From Oligoflexia bacterium (GTDB taxonomy: Bacteria; Bdellovibrionota; UBA1018), in contig JACMQW010000018.1 in assembly GCA_014376785.1 (NCBI GenBank), positions 9,536-73,535 of the forward strand: a DNA stretch of 64,000 bases, in the 5' to 3' direction. Position 1 is the first letter of the stretch, and every line of letters starts with the position of its first letter. This document shows positions 47,998 to 56,874 of the stretch, one piece after another. The notes beneath the pieces were generated by a model. It made no database searches, was not told the DNA's origin, and was given only the letters and a program-made list of their open reading frames with translations. Position numbers and translations under genes: made by a program.

Positions 47998-48354
47998 TCA
48001 AACCTTCCGCGGGGTACCCGACATGAACCGCTGAGCTTCGATCTCGACGCTTTCCACATGGCAATGAAAGTGCCCGAACGCCTCGTCCGTTTCGGCATAA
48101 TTTCCAGATTTTGCGGCCAATTCCAGCGCTTTGGCGAGATTTCCCATTTCCGTGAAGCCATACCCCCCTGCGGTGCCTTTGGTTTTATGGGCGAGCTTTG
48201 AGATAAATTCAAAGTCTTTACGGTTCAGTGCGTCTTTCAGCCCTTCTAAGTCACGTTTTCGTTTTTCCAGGTAGGCCGGAGCGATGTCCGCCATTTCCGA
48301 AGGAATTCGGATTGTCATTTTTTTCATACGCCCTCTATCTTTAAGGAAGGTCAT
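47998..48354 (-). CDS. Hpt (histidine phosphotransfer) domain protein
   Basis: ISKLAHKTKGTAGGYGF matches the HxxKG...G Hpt signature. 118 aa. Confidence 0.6.
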   Translation of the reverse strand: MTFLKDRGRMKKMTIRIPSEMADIAPAYLEKRKRDLEGLKDALNRKDFEFISKLAHKTKGTAGGYGFTEMGNLAKALELAAKSGNYAETDEAFGHFHCHVESVEIEAQRFMSGTPRKV

Positions 48355-48466
48355 TACGCGTGCAATCTCTAATGGGTTAGTTCATCATCAGTCTCTATCG
48401 GGTTTGAATAAACGAATTCCACTGTAACTCTTTCCTGAAATCTCTTTCGAAAGCGGAGTCTGCGTC

Positions 48467-49204
48467 ATGGAAGTTGGGAGCGGGAGCACAAGCGGCAACA
48501 CGAAGGTCATTCGACGTCAAAACTTAAAGCCGAAGCTTCTCATCGTCGACGACGAGCCGGAAATTCGTGAAATCGTCCGCGAAGTTTTGAATGAGCATTT
48601 CGAAATCATTGAGGCGGCGAACGGGAAAGAAGCGATTAATCAGGCTCAACGTTCGCTTCCTGACCTGATTCTGATGGACATCATGATGCCCGAAATGGAC
48701 GGCATTGCGGCTACGGATAGTATCCGAAGTCTAGCTTCCACTCGCCACATCCCTATTTTGATGCTGACGGCGGCCAACACGAAAGATTACCGCATCCGGG
48801 CTTTTGATTTCGGCGCGGATCATTTCATCGGAAAGCCTTTCGATTTCGAAGAGCTCACCGTACGCCTCTTATCCGTTTATAAAAGATCTCGGCAAATGAA
48901 TCAGCCCGTGAAGAAGGAGATTTTCTTCGTAAACCTGGAGCTGAATTTCGATGCAAAAGAACTGAAAATCGATCACGTTCGAATTGAAATGAGCCCGGTA
49001 GAATATGATATTGTGCGCCTTTTAGTACTCAACCGCGAAACCCTCGTGACGCGCGCCCAAATCATCGAAGAAGTGTGGAAATCGAAAGAAGCACCCGACC
49101 GAGTCATGGATGCTCACATCGTTTCGATCCGAAAGAAGTTGTCGGGATTCAAAGGCACGATTAAAACTGTCTACGGATCCGGCTATATTCTGCGAGCAGA
49201 GTGA
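48467..49204 (+). CDS. OmpR-family response regulator (receiver + winged-helix)
   Basis: The receiver has LLIVDDEPEIREIV...PDLILMDIMMPEMDG. The C-terminal trans_reg_C region has VEYDIVRLLVLNRETLVTRAQIIEEVW. Confidence 0.8.
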   Translation: MEVGSGSTSGNTKVIRRQNLKPKLLIVDDEPEIREIVREVLNEHFEIIEAANGKEAINQAQRSLPDLILMDIMMPEMDGIAATDSIRSLASTRHIPILMLTAANTKDYRIRAFDFGADHFIGKPFDFEELTVRLLSVYKRSRQMNQPVKKEIFFVNLELNFDAKELKIDHVRIEMSPVEYDIVRLLVLNRETLVTRAQIIEEVWKSKEAPDRVMDAHIVSIRKKLSGFKGTIKTVYGSGYILRAE

Positions 49205-50403
49205 CTGACTGCTTTCGCGATGCGGGTTCCCATCGAGACGCAGGCTTGAATGAGAAATCCCCCCGTCGGAGCGTGCCAGTCGAGCATTTCTCCGCCACAA
49301 TAAACACCTGGGAATTTCTTCAGTTCTAGATCAGGGGTCAGTTCCGAAAGCGCGACTCCTCCACTCGATGAAATGGCTTCGCTGAGAGGTCGCGGAGAGC
49401 CTAAAGTGATCGGAAACCGTTTCACAGCGCGCGCGAAGCGATCTAAGTCAGCACGGTCCTCGTTCGGAAGGTGGTGAAAGAGGAGGGCGAGTGCGGCTTC
49501 TGAGAGAGCGAGCTTTTGCTTTGCGCGCCGAATCGGGGAGAGGTTTTCCCGCACTTGCTTTAATTTATCGGTCACCTGGTCGAGCGTGAGATCGGGCTTT
49601 AAATCGATGAAACACTGTCCGGTCTCGCCGTAGAAATAAACCGGAGTGCCTTCTAATCCATATTCGGTAATGACCAACTCTCCGCTTTTCGAACCCTGAG
49701 TGGATTCGAAGCGGATTTTTTTCAAGGGCTTACCTTCCGCTTCCGCAAGCAATGCCGGTTTCCAATCCACCGTGTAGCCAACATTGCGCGGTGAGAAGGG
49801 AACCATCCCGATGCCTTTTCCCCGGAAGAGTTCCGCCCAAGCCGGGGTTTCTGTTTCCCAGCTTGCTCCTCCGAGCGCAAAAATCGCGGATGCGAAACGT
49901 TTCGCCGGTCCCTCATTAAAGGTCAGGGAAATTCCTTCCCGCTCACTTGAGAAGTCCACCAATTCTTGCGTGGAATGGATCTGAACGCCGCGACTTCTTA
50001 AAAGCTCTGTCCATTTTTTCAGGAGTTGGGATGCTTTCATTTCCCGCACGAAATACCGGTCTGAAGTACCGAGAAAGGTTTCAAGCCCGAGCTCGTGCTC
50101 GATAAACTGAATCCAGTGAGTGGTGCCGAAATCAGCTAAAGTGTCCTTCCAAGTCGCGCGCGTGAATCCTTCGTAATGTTTTGCGAACGCTTCGGCCTCT
50201 AGGTGATGGGAGATATTCAGTCCGGAACTCCCCGCGATGAGAAGTTTTCGCCCGAGGCCGGATCTCTTCTCGAAAAGGTGGACCTCATTCCCAGAATCAG
50301 CGGATAAGTGCGTCGCTGCCATCAAGCCCGCGGGGCCCGATCCAACCACGGCGATTTTAAAATTCGAATGCGGCTCTGGAAGGGGGCTGTCCATCGAAGG
50401 CAT
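49183..50403 (-). CDS. NAD(P)/FAD-dependent oxidoreductase (HI0933/BaiN-like flavoprotein)
   Basis: KIAVVGSGPAGLMAA is a dinucleotide fold. GGASWETETP is present. 406 aa. Confidence 0.65.
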   Translation of the reverse strand: MPSMDSPLPEPHSNFKIAVVGSGPAGLMAATHLSADSGNEVHLFEKRSGLGRKLLIAGSSGLNISHHLEAEAFAKHYEGFTRATWKDTLADFGTTHWIQFIEHELGLETFLGTSDRYFVREMKASQLLKKWTELLRSRGVQIHSTQELVDFSSEREGISLTFNEGPAKRFASAIFALGGASWETETPAWAELFRGKGIGMVPFSPRNVGYTVDWKPALLAEAEGKPLKKIRFESTQGSKSGELVITEYGLEGTPVYFYGETGQCFIDLKPDLTLDQVTDKLKQVRENLSPIRRAKQKLALSEAALALLFHHLPNEDRADLDRFARAVKRFPITLGSPRPLSEAISSSGGVALSELTPDLELKKFPGVYCGGEMLDWHAPTGGFLIQACVSMGTRIAKAVSHSARRI

Positions 50404-52304
50404 TAGGGACGCACGATTTTCAATGCCCCGCTCGAGTACCGACGAGACGCGGTGGTGTAGTCCGAGATCGTTTGTTCAGCGTCCAAGCTGAGGAGTTGGT
50501 TTGGAACTCGGGGGAGGGGTTGGACGCCCCAGTCAGAATCGACTGTAAACTCTTCTACCTGCTTCTTTGGCTTTAATAAAACGAAGTGGTGATCTTTCAT
50601 ACGGCCGATGTTTTGGTAGGTTCCGAAAAAAGCTTCGCGAGTGGGATGGGAAATCAGGCTCGATCCAAAAAATTTCTGTTCATCGAATTTCCAGCCCAAT
50701 AAGTCGAAGAGGGTAGGGCCAACGTCGACCTGGCTTCCGACTTCCGAAATGCGCGTCGGTTTCAAGTGATCCGGTGCATAGAAAATGACGGGAATCAGGT
50801 AATCGCGCGGGATCACTCCGCTTCCGCCCGCTACACTGGCATTGTGGTCAGCGACGAAAATGAATACGGTGTTTTTAAACCAGGAATGAGTTTTCGCGTC
50901 TTCTAGAAATTTTCCGATGGCGTAGTCGGAGTATTGGATAGCGCCCTGGCGTACCACCCCTGAGGCGATGGCAACTTTGCCGTCGGGATAGCGGTAGGGA
51001 CGGTGATTCGAGGTCGTCAGGATGAATTGGAAGAATGGTTTCTTCTGCTCATGAGTGATGTCTGCTTCTCGAATGGATTTTGCGAAAAGGTTTTCGTCAC
51101 ACACCCCCCATGCTGTTTCAAACGTGATTTCTTCTTTACTGAAGCGTTCGTGGTCGACGACGTCGAATCCACAGCCTTCGAAAAACGGACCCATGTTGTC
51201 AAAAAAGCCGCGACCGCCATAGAGAAAGGAAGTGCGGTAATTTTTTTTCTGAAATTCTGTGCCGAGGTTGTAGAGGTTTTCGTTATCGGGACGGCGAACG
51301 ATTGACTGGCCGGGCGTCGGAGGGAGCGAAAGAGTGACCGCTTCGATCCCTCGGACCGTGCGGGTGCCGGTGGAAAAGGTACTTGAGAACCACAGGCCTT
51401 CACGAGTGAGGCGATCGAGATTCGGGGTGAGGTTCTCTTTTCCCCCGTAGGCTCCTAAGAACCTCGCACTCATGCTCTCCATCAGAACGAGAATGACGTT
51501 TGGAGACTCGGAGAAGGGTTTTGAAAGAACATCCCCCGCGCGCATTCCTGAAGCGGCACGATTCTGGAATTCATCTTTTTCGATGCGTTCCGCAACCGCG
51601 GGAGAAATCCCTTGATAGAAGCGATCGAAGTCGAGTGTGTTATTTCGGTATGCGGCGAAAAGCGCGTAACTTCCGTTTTTCGCCAGATCCTGGCCAGCCA
51701 TGGGAACGTTCAAAATGAGACGGTCCTCCGTCACTGCGAAATGGAAGAGGGCAGTGCAGACTAAGAGCGCTAAAGCGACCTGAATTCTTCCCGAAGTGCT
51801 GGTTCGGTTAAACCATGCGCAAGAACCCGGTTTCTCCAGTCGGTTAACGAGGTAAAGCATTCCGGCGTAAACGATCCCGAGAGCGAGGAGCATTCGAATC
51901 ACGGGATACGATTCCCAGAGGTTTCCAATCACCTCGTGGGTGTAAACGAGGTAGTCGACCGCAATAAAATTATAGCGTGCTTCCATATCCACCATAAAAA
52001 TGGGCTCACAAACGGCAGAAAGCAGCACAATGAAAAGGACGATTGATTCAAAAACGAATACGGGAGTGCGGAGTCGAGGGAAGAGCGACCTCAAAGCCCA
52101 AAGGGGGAGAAAGGTGTAAGAGAGGAAAGCGAGATCTAATATCAGGGTGCGACCGAGGAATGCAGGCGAGAGTAAGCTTTTCCAAAGGCCTGGGCTCTCT
52201 TTCGCGATAAAGAGAAAGAAGATGCGAGGAATCCAGAAAAGCACCCAAAGTAAACCGAGCAGCCTCACTTCCCTGGATTTGAGAAATCGCGGTTCCAATT
52301 TCAT
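50403..52304 (-). CDS. LTA-synthase/sulfatase-family membrane protein (phosphoglycerol/phosphoethanolamine transferase-like)
   Basis: N-terminal TM helices are followed by an alkaline-phosphatase-superfamily domain (NVILVLMESMSARFLGAYGG...TSNHRPY). 633 aa. Confidence 0.7.
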   Translation of the reverse strand: MKLEPRFLKSREVRLLGLLWVLFWIPRIFFLFIAKESPGLWKSLLSPAFLGRTLILDLAFLSYTFLPLWALRSLFPRLRTPVFVFESIVLFIVLLSAVCEPIFMVDMEARYNFIAVDYLVYTHEVIGNLWESYPVIRMLLALGIVYAGMLYLVNRLEKPGSCAWFNRTSTSGRIQVALALLVCTALFHFAVTEDRLILNVPMAGQDLAKNGSYALFAAYRNNTLDFDRFYQGISPAVAERIEKDEFQNRAASGMRAGDVLSKPFSESPNVILVLMESMSARFLGAYGGKENLTPNLDRLTREGLWFSSTFSTGTRTVRGIEAVTLSLPPTPGQSIVRRPDNENLYNLGTEFQKKNYRTSFLYGGRGFFDNMGPFFEGCGFDVVDHERFSKEEITFETAWGVCDENLFAKSIREADITHEQKKPFFQFILTTSNHRPYRYPDGKVAIASGVVRQGAIQYSDYAIGKFLEDAKTHSWFKNTVFIFVADHNASVAGGSGVIPRDYLIPVIFYAPDHLKPTRISEVGSQVDVGPTLFDLLGWKFDEQKFFGSSLISHPTREAFFGTYQNIGRMKDHHFVLLKPKKQVEEFTVDSDWGVQPLPRVPNQLLSLDAEQTISDYTTASRRYSSGALKIVRP

Positions 52305-52816
52305 TTCCCGTTCCCACGAAAAGTCGATTCACCGAGCGCGCGCTCGATTTGTGGGCCGAGAGATTCGGGAAGCGTTTTCGGGGAGAAGCGCGAAAGCACT
52401 TTCCCGTTTCGATCGACGAGAAATTTCGTAAAATTCCATTTTACGCTTTCCGTTCTAAATAATCCTTTCGCCTCTCGTTTCAGGAGTTGGTAGAGGGGAT
52501 GGGTACTCGGTCCATTCACGTCGACTTTCTGAAAGAGCGGGAAGTCGACCGAGTAAGTCAGGCTACAGAAGTTTTTAATTTCTTCAGCGTTTCCTGGTTC
52601 TTGAGCCATGAACTGGTTGCATGGAAAGCCGAGCACCTCGAAACCGCGTTCTCGGTATTTAAGGTAGAGTTTTTCAAGACCTTCATACTGGGAAGTAAAT
52701 CCGCACTTACTCGCGACGTTTACGATCAAGAGGACCTTACCTTCGTAACTCGCAAGCGTCGTTTCTTTGCCGTCGATCATCTGAACCGGAATGTTGTGAA
52801 TAGGGGAGGAGCTCAT
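52301..52816 (-). CDS. gpx: Glutathione peroxidase
   Basis: LLIVNVASKCGFTSQYEGLEKLY and LGFPCNQFMAQEPG are present. The start is the ATG at 52814-52816 (MSSSPIHN); the longer track ORF begins at a TTG. Confidence 0.85.
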   Translation of the reverse strand: MSSSPIHNIPVQMIDGKETTLASYEGKVLLIVNVASKCGFTSQYEGLEKLYLKYRERGFEVLGFPCNQFMAQEPGNAEEIKNFCSLTYSVDFPLFQKVDVNGPSTHPLYQLLKREAKGLFRTESVKWNFTKFLVDRNGKVLSRFSPKTLPESLGPQIERALGESTFRGNGK

Positions 52817-52923
52817 GACGGCATCATGGAGTGGAATCCACGGAGGGGCAAGCGCTCTCCCAGACAAATTGCCTGGTCATCTGCTCTGAATCGGCATATT
52901 TCGGCTGTAGGGGAACCCGAAAA

Positions 52924-53946
52924 ATGAATCGATTCATCACTCACCTCCCGTTCGTGCTATTCGCCTTGGTCTGCTCTCAAGCCGCCTGGGCAATTTCCGA
53001 AACTGGGTATTCAGAGAATTATTCTCGAAATGTCCTCCCTTTTCTGCTGTCAGGTGAGCGTTTCGCAATTCATCCCAATTCGAAAGTTGAACTCGTAGGA
53101 GTTCGTTTCGTGCATCCGCATGCGCGAGGAACGGTCGTGGTTTTAACCGGGCGTTCGGAACCCTGGTTGAAGTACGGCGAGGTTTTCTATGACCTTCATC
53201 AAATGGGATTCAGCGTTTATTCCTACGATCACCGGGGTCAGGGATTATCGACTCACCTCTCCAACCGGAACCCCCAAATCGGACATATTTTGCGTTTTGA
53301 AGATTATGTCGATGACCTCGCGCTAGTGACTCGAAAGGTGATTTTGCCCAGTGTGCCGGTCGGAGAACCGCTTTATCTCCTCGCCCACTCCATGGGAGGA
53401 GCAATCGCGGCGGGGTATCTTGAGCGGGGCCTGAATCCCTACCGCGCTGCGGTTTTGAATTCTCCGATGCTTCAAATCGATACGGCGCCCTATCCCGAAT
53501 CGGTTGCCAGGGTCATTGTCCTCGGAGCCATGCGCCTAGGCCAAGGGGGTGCCTACGCGCTCGGGCGTGGCGATCTCATTCCGGGATTTCCATTCGAAAA
53601 AAACGACGTTACCCACAGCCGCGCTCGCTTCGACATGAGTGAACAAACCATCACCCGATTTCCATCAATAGGAGTGGGAGGCCCTTCGAGTGAGTGGGTT
53701 TACCGCTCGCTGGTCGCTTCCCGTGAAATCACCGAACTTTCTGCACGAATTCGTACCCCGCTTCTCATGCTTCAAGCGGGAGAAGACCATGTGGTCCTCC
53801 TACCGAGGCAGGCGCAAGCTTGTGACCTCGCCTTCGATTGTCAGTTGGTCCATTATCCCAAGGCCAGACACGAAATTTTAATGGAAGTGGATGGGATCCG
53901 AAACCGTGCGTTCGAGCAGGTCGATCGGTTCTTTTCGGCCCACTAA
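52924..53946 (+). CDS. Secreted alpha/beta hydrolase (lysophospholipase-like)
   Basis: ATG at 52924 gives MNRFITHLPFVLFALVCSQAAWA as a signal peptide. LLAHSMGGAIAAGY is GxSxG. A C-terminal DH pair is present. Confidence 0.7.
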   Translation: MNRFITHLPFVLFALVCSQAAWAISETGYSENYSRNVLPFLLSGERFAIHPNSKVELVGVRFVHPHARGTVVVLTGRSEPWLKYGEVFYDLHQMGFSVYSYDHRGQGLSTHLSNRNPQIGHILRFEDYVDDLALVTRKVILPSVPVGEPLYLLAHSMGGAIAAGYLERGLNPYRAAVLNSPMLQIDTAPYPESVARVIVLGAMRLGQGGAYALGRGDLIPGFPFEKNDVTHSRARFDMSEQTITRFPSIGVGGPSSEWVYRSLVASREITELSARIRTPLLMLQAGEDHVVLLPRQAQACDLAFDCQLVHYPKARHEILMEVDGIRNRAFEQVDRFFSAH

Positions 53947-53948
53947 TT

Positions 53949-54341
53949 TCATTCTGGGAAGAGCGCTGTGAGAGCGGCTTCGGGCGTAATCTGTCCATCG
54001 CGGACGGCGTGGAGAATCATGAGACGTGCATCCTGCACGCTTTCTACTTTCGCAGGTGCGCCGCTCGTGATGCTAGAGTTTTGGCTTGAAAGATTCCCGA
54101 GATCTACTCCGTTTGCCTGATAAAGAATCCGCGCCATTTTTTCCCGGAATCCGTCGGGCAAACCGCGTTCAAAAGCTTCCATCTCCGTTTTCACATCATG
54201 TCCTGCCATGGCGTTGTGCATGAGGGTTTGCATTTTCATCATCATTTCCGGAGGGAGCGTGCCCATGAGTTGGGAAATTTCTCCGATCAGTCGGGGATCC
54301 ATTTGAGACGGGTCAAATCCAGCGGGCATACCAGGAAACAT
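53949..54341 (-). CDS. Hypothetical Met/Pro-rich small protein
   Basis: 130 aa starting MFPGMPAGFDPSQMDP...LPPEMMMKMQ. No assignable domain. Confidence 0.45.
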   Translation of the reverse strand: MFPGMPAGFDPSQMDPRLIGEISQLMGTLPPEMMMKMQTLMHNAMAGHDVKTEMEAFERGLPDGFREKMARILYQANGVDLGNLSSQNSSITSGAPAKVESVQDARLMILHAVRDGQITPEAALTALFPE

Positions 54342-55144
54342 GGTGTGAACTCCTTTTTGAAAGAGGGGAGAAAGTGAGCGGTGGGGCTTAATCAGCCGAG
54401 GCTGAAAGACATACCCGGTGCATCGTCAGTAAAAAAGAGAGAATCGCCATGGATTGTCGGAAAATTTCAGTGAATGCGCGCAACGAATAAGGCAGGGGGC
54501 GGAGTCCGAATCGGTACCGCAGCATGGTTAATCCCGAGAGAATTTGCGGACCGCTTCCCGTTTTCTGGAAGTCACCTCGAGCGCTATTGAATGAAACTTC
54601 CGATTCTTTTCGTTTTAGCGTGAAACTCAACCGAGGCTTCTCTCATCCGCTCGAAAAAGGAAATGACGTTCATTTTGATCGCGCTGAACTCGCGGATACC
54701 TATCCGGTTACAACGAACTGGGTAAAAAATTAGTTGTACTCCTCATCCAACTTTCTCTGAGTACTCCGTTCCGCGCGGAGTCTTTCTGCCGTCTGGTTTC
54801 TTGTCTACGCGCGCCGCCACGGTTCGCCTACGATAGATCGCAGCGAGTATTCTCCGCAGTTTCTGTCTGACACGGCAGATCTGCTGAGAATAAAAGATCC
54901 GGTGAAACCGGCCTGAGTGATTTTTGATAAGACCACGTTCGGCTTTGCGACGAGAAACGCCGCATCTTTACGTTCACCTCTCGATGCCTAAAACCGGCCT
55001 CTATTCTTCTATAACGAGGTTGGGAGATAAAGCACTCGAGGTTGGCGGGAGAGGATAAGCAGGCAAAGTTGTTGTAGACGCGACGCATTGAACAAGATAA
55101 ATGCAGTGCGTAAACATCATTTCTCATTGAAAGTGAGTTCAGCC

Positions 55145-56020
55145 ATGCTTTCCAATTCTTTAAAATCCAAACTTCTCCTCGCACTCAGCGCGACGCTCTT
55201 AACCACCGTCGCTGCTTCGGCGGCTCAGGGACCAAAGAACCCAAACGACCCCTACGAGCCCAATGAAATTTATTCGGCAGGTTCACACCGGGGACAACGA
55301 ATCCCGTTCGAGCCACGTCGCTCTCTGAAGATCATTTCGGAGACGAAAGAGAGTGTTCGGGTGGCAAACTTCGCGCACCAGGGCCACTATTACATCGCAG
55401 ACATTCCTAAAAATGCGGTGACTCAGATTCTTTTCCAAACCGACTACTTCACCTCTGAAATTCCAGCTGCGCATGCTGAAGTGCGGTTGAAGTTTGATCA
55501 TGCAGTCCGTTTGCAGCCCCAGAAGAAAAACGAACAGAATCTGCCGAACTGGAAGATTTCAGACATTATCATTTCGATCGAAGCCGTAAAGGATGTCTCC
55601 ACACCCTTTAGTCTAGTGCAAGGCTTGCAGAATGAGTTCACGACTTCTTACCGATTCATCTCCGCTTCGACGAAATACACGGATGTCGTTTGCAAAGAAA
55701 AAGAACGGGTCACTCAGCATATCCTTAAACTGAGCGCCGCAGAGCGAGAGTCCTTTTTAATTGCAGCGATTCGTAAGTCTGATTCTGCGGGTATTTCTGA
55801 GATGTACAATACCTGGACGAGAAACTGCACGACCGAAATTTTCAGATTGTTGGATGAGGCGACCTCACCCGGTGCCTATGTTCGTTTAAGGTCTGCTGCG
55901 CGCACCCTAGGCGCTCATTATCCAGTATTCGCACAATCGTCTCTGCGTGCGCGCTATCTCCTGGGAGCGGAGGTTTCTGAATTTCGCGATGACCCGACAG
56001 TGCGCGTAAAGTGCGATTGA
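55145..56020 (+). CDS. Secreted DUF4105/Lnb-like domain protein
   Basis: Signal MLSNSLKSKLLLALSATLLTTVAASAA. YNTWTRNCTTEIFRLLD matches the NCTT motif of the DUF4105 family. An alternative upstream ATG lies at 55088. Confidence 0.6.
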   Translation: MLSNSLKSKLLLALSATLLTTVAASAAQGPKNPNDPYEPNEIYSAGSHRGQRIPFEPRRSLKIISETKESVRVANFAHQGHYYIADIPKNAVTQILFQTDYFTSEIPAAHAEVRLKFDHAVRLQPQKKNEQNLPNWKISDIIISIEAVKDVSTPFSLVQGLQNEFTTSYRFISASTKYTDVVCKEKERVTQHILKLSAAERESFLIAAIRKSDSAGISEMYNTWTRNCTTEIFRLLDEATSPGAYVRLRSAARTLGAHYPVFAQSSLRARYLLGAEVSEFRDDPTVRVKCD

Positions 56021-56074
56021 GCGAAGCCTTTTTTCTGATCGATGTTCGCCCTTTTTAATGAGAATTTTTAAGGG

Positions 56075-56874
56075 ATGAGCTCAGGAAGACTGAGAAAAAT
56101 TTCGGAATGCTGCCATGCCACCGTGATTCTCGGAGGAATTGCCGTACTGGCTGGTTGGCATTTCGAAATTTCCGCGCTGAAAACAGTTTTACCTGGACTG
56201 ATCAGCATGAAAGCGAACACAGCGATTGGATTGATCGCTCTCGCTTCTTCGGGAATGGTCTTGGCGAATTCCCGGTTAACCAATCTCTCTCGAACGATGG
56301 CGATCTGCTTTTCGATGATTGCTTTCATCCTGGGCGTACTCACTCTCTCGGAATACCTGCTTCGCATTGATAGTGGACGACGTTCAGTGGAATCGGGCGC
56401 GACTACTTAGCCTAGCGTTGGTCTTGATTGCTTCCCTGATTTCTCTCCAAGCATTCGTGGGTTACTTATCGGAATCACGTATTCTTTCGGCGCAGCTTTC
56501 TATACGCAAACCGCGCTGCATACGGCAATCCTCTTTGTTTTGCTCTGCGCAGGTTACCTGTTTTTCTCACTTTCGATCTCCCGGGGAAATTAGAATGGAC
56601 TGGAGATCGGCGAGGACTGGCGCAGGTATTCCAGCACTTGATTCTGAACGCGATGAAGTTTGGGAGCGGGAAGCCGGTATCTGTGCATCTGAAGCATACC
56701 GTTGAAGGCGTTTCGTTTTTCGCAAAGATTCCCGTATTAGTCGCGACCGCGAAAGGCAGTCCCAAAGAGGAACTCAAAGGATTGCCTGCTCACATCGGGC
56801 GGATTCGAAAGCCCATGGAGATCGAAGAATTTCTCAATTCGGTTCTCGAAAAATGCGGAAAACCTTCGCCCTAA
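56075..56874 (+). pseudogene. Remnant of a hybrid sensor histidine kinase (sensor TM module with in-frame TAG; HisKA and most of HATPase deleted; receiver C-terminal end retained)
   Basis: Frame 2 reads ...LAGWHFEISALKTVLPGLISMKANTAIGL...VESGATT, then TAG at 56408-56410, then ...GLLIGITYSFGAAFYTQTALHTAILFVLL. Frame 1 reads GDRRGLAQVFQHLILNAMKFGSGKPV (the HATPase N-box) fused to IPVLVATAKGSPKEELKGLPAHIGRIRKPMEIEEFLNSVLE (a receiver alpha4-beta5-alpha5). Confidence 0.5.

Noticed and set aside
54884-54940. CUGAGA box and GGTGAAACCGGCC that superficially recall a TPP riboswitch
   Set aside because: The remaining conserved THI-box elements (the ACCUGAUCUGGAUAAUGCCAGCG-like segment) are absent, and the downstream gene is not thiamine-related.
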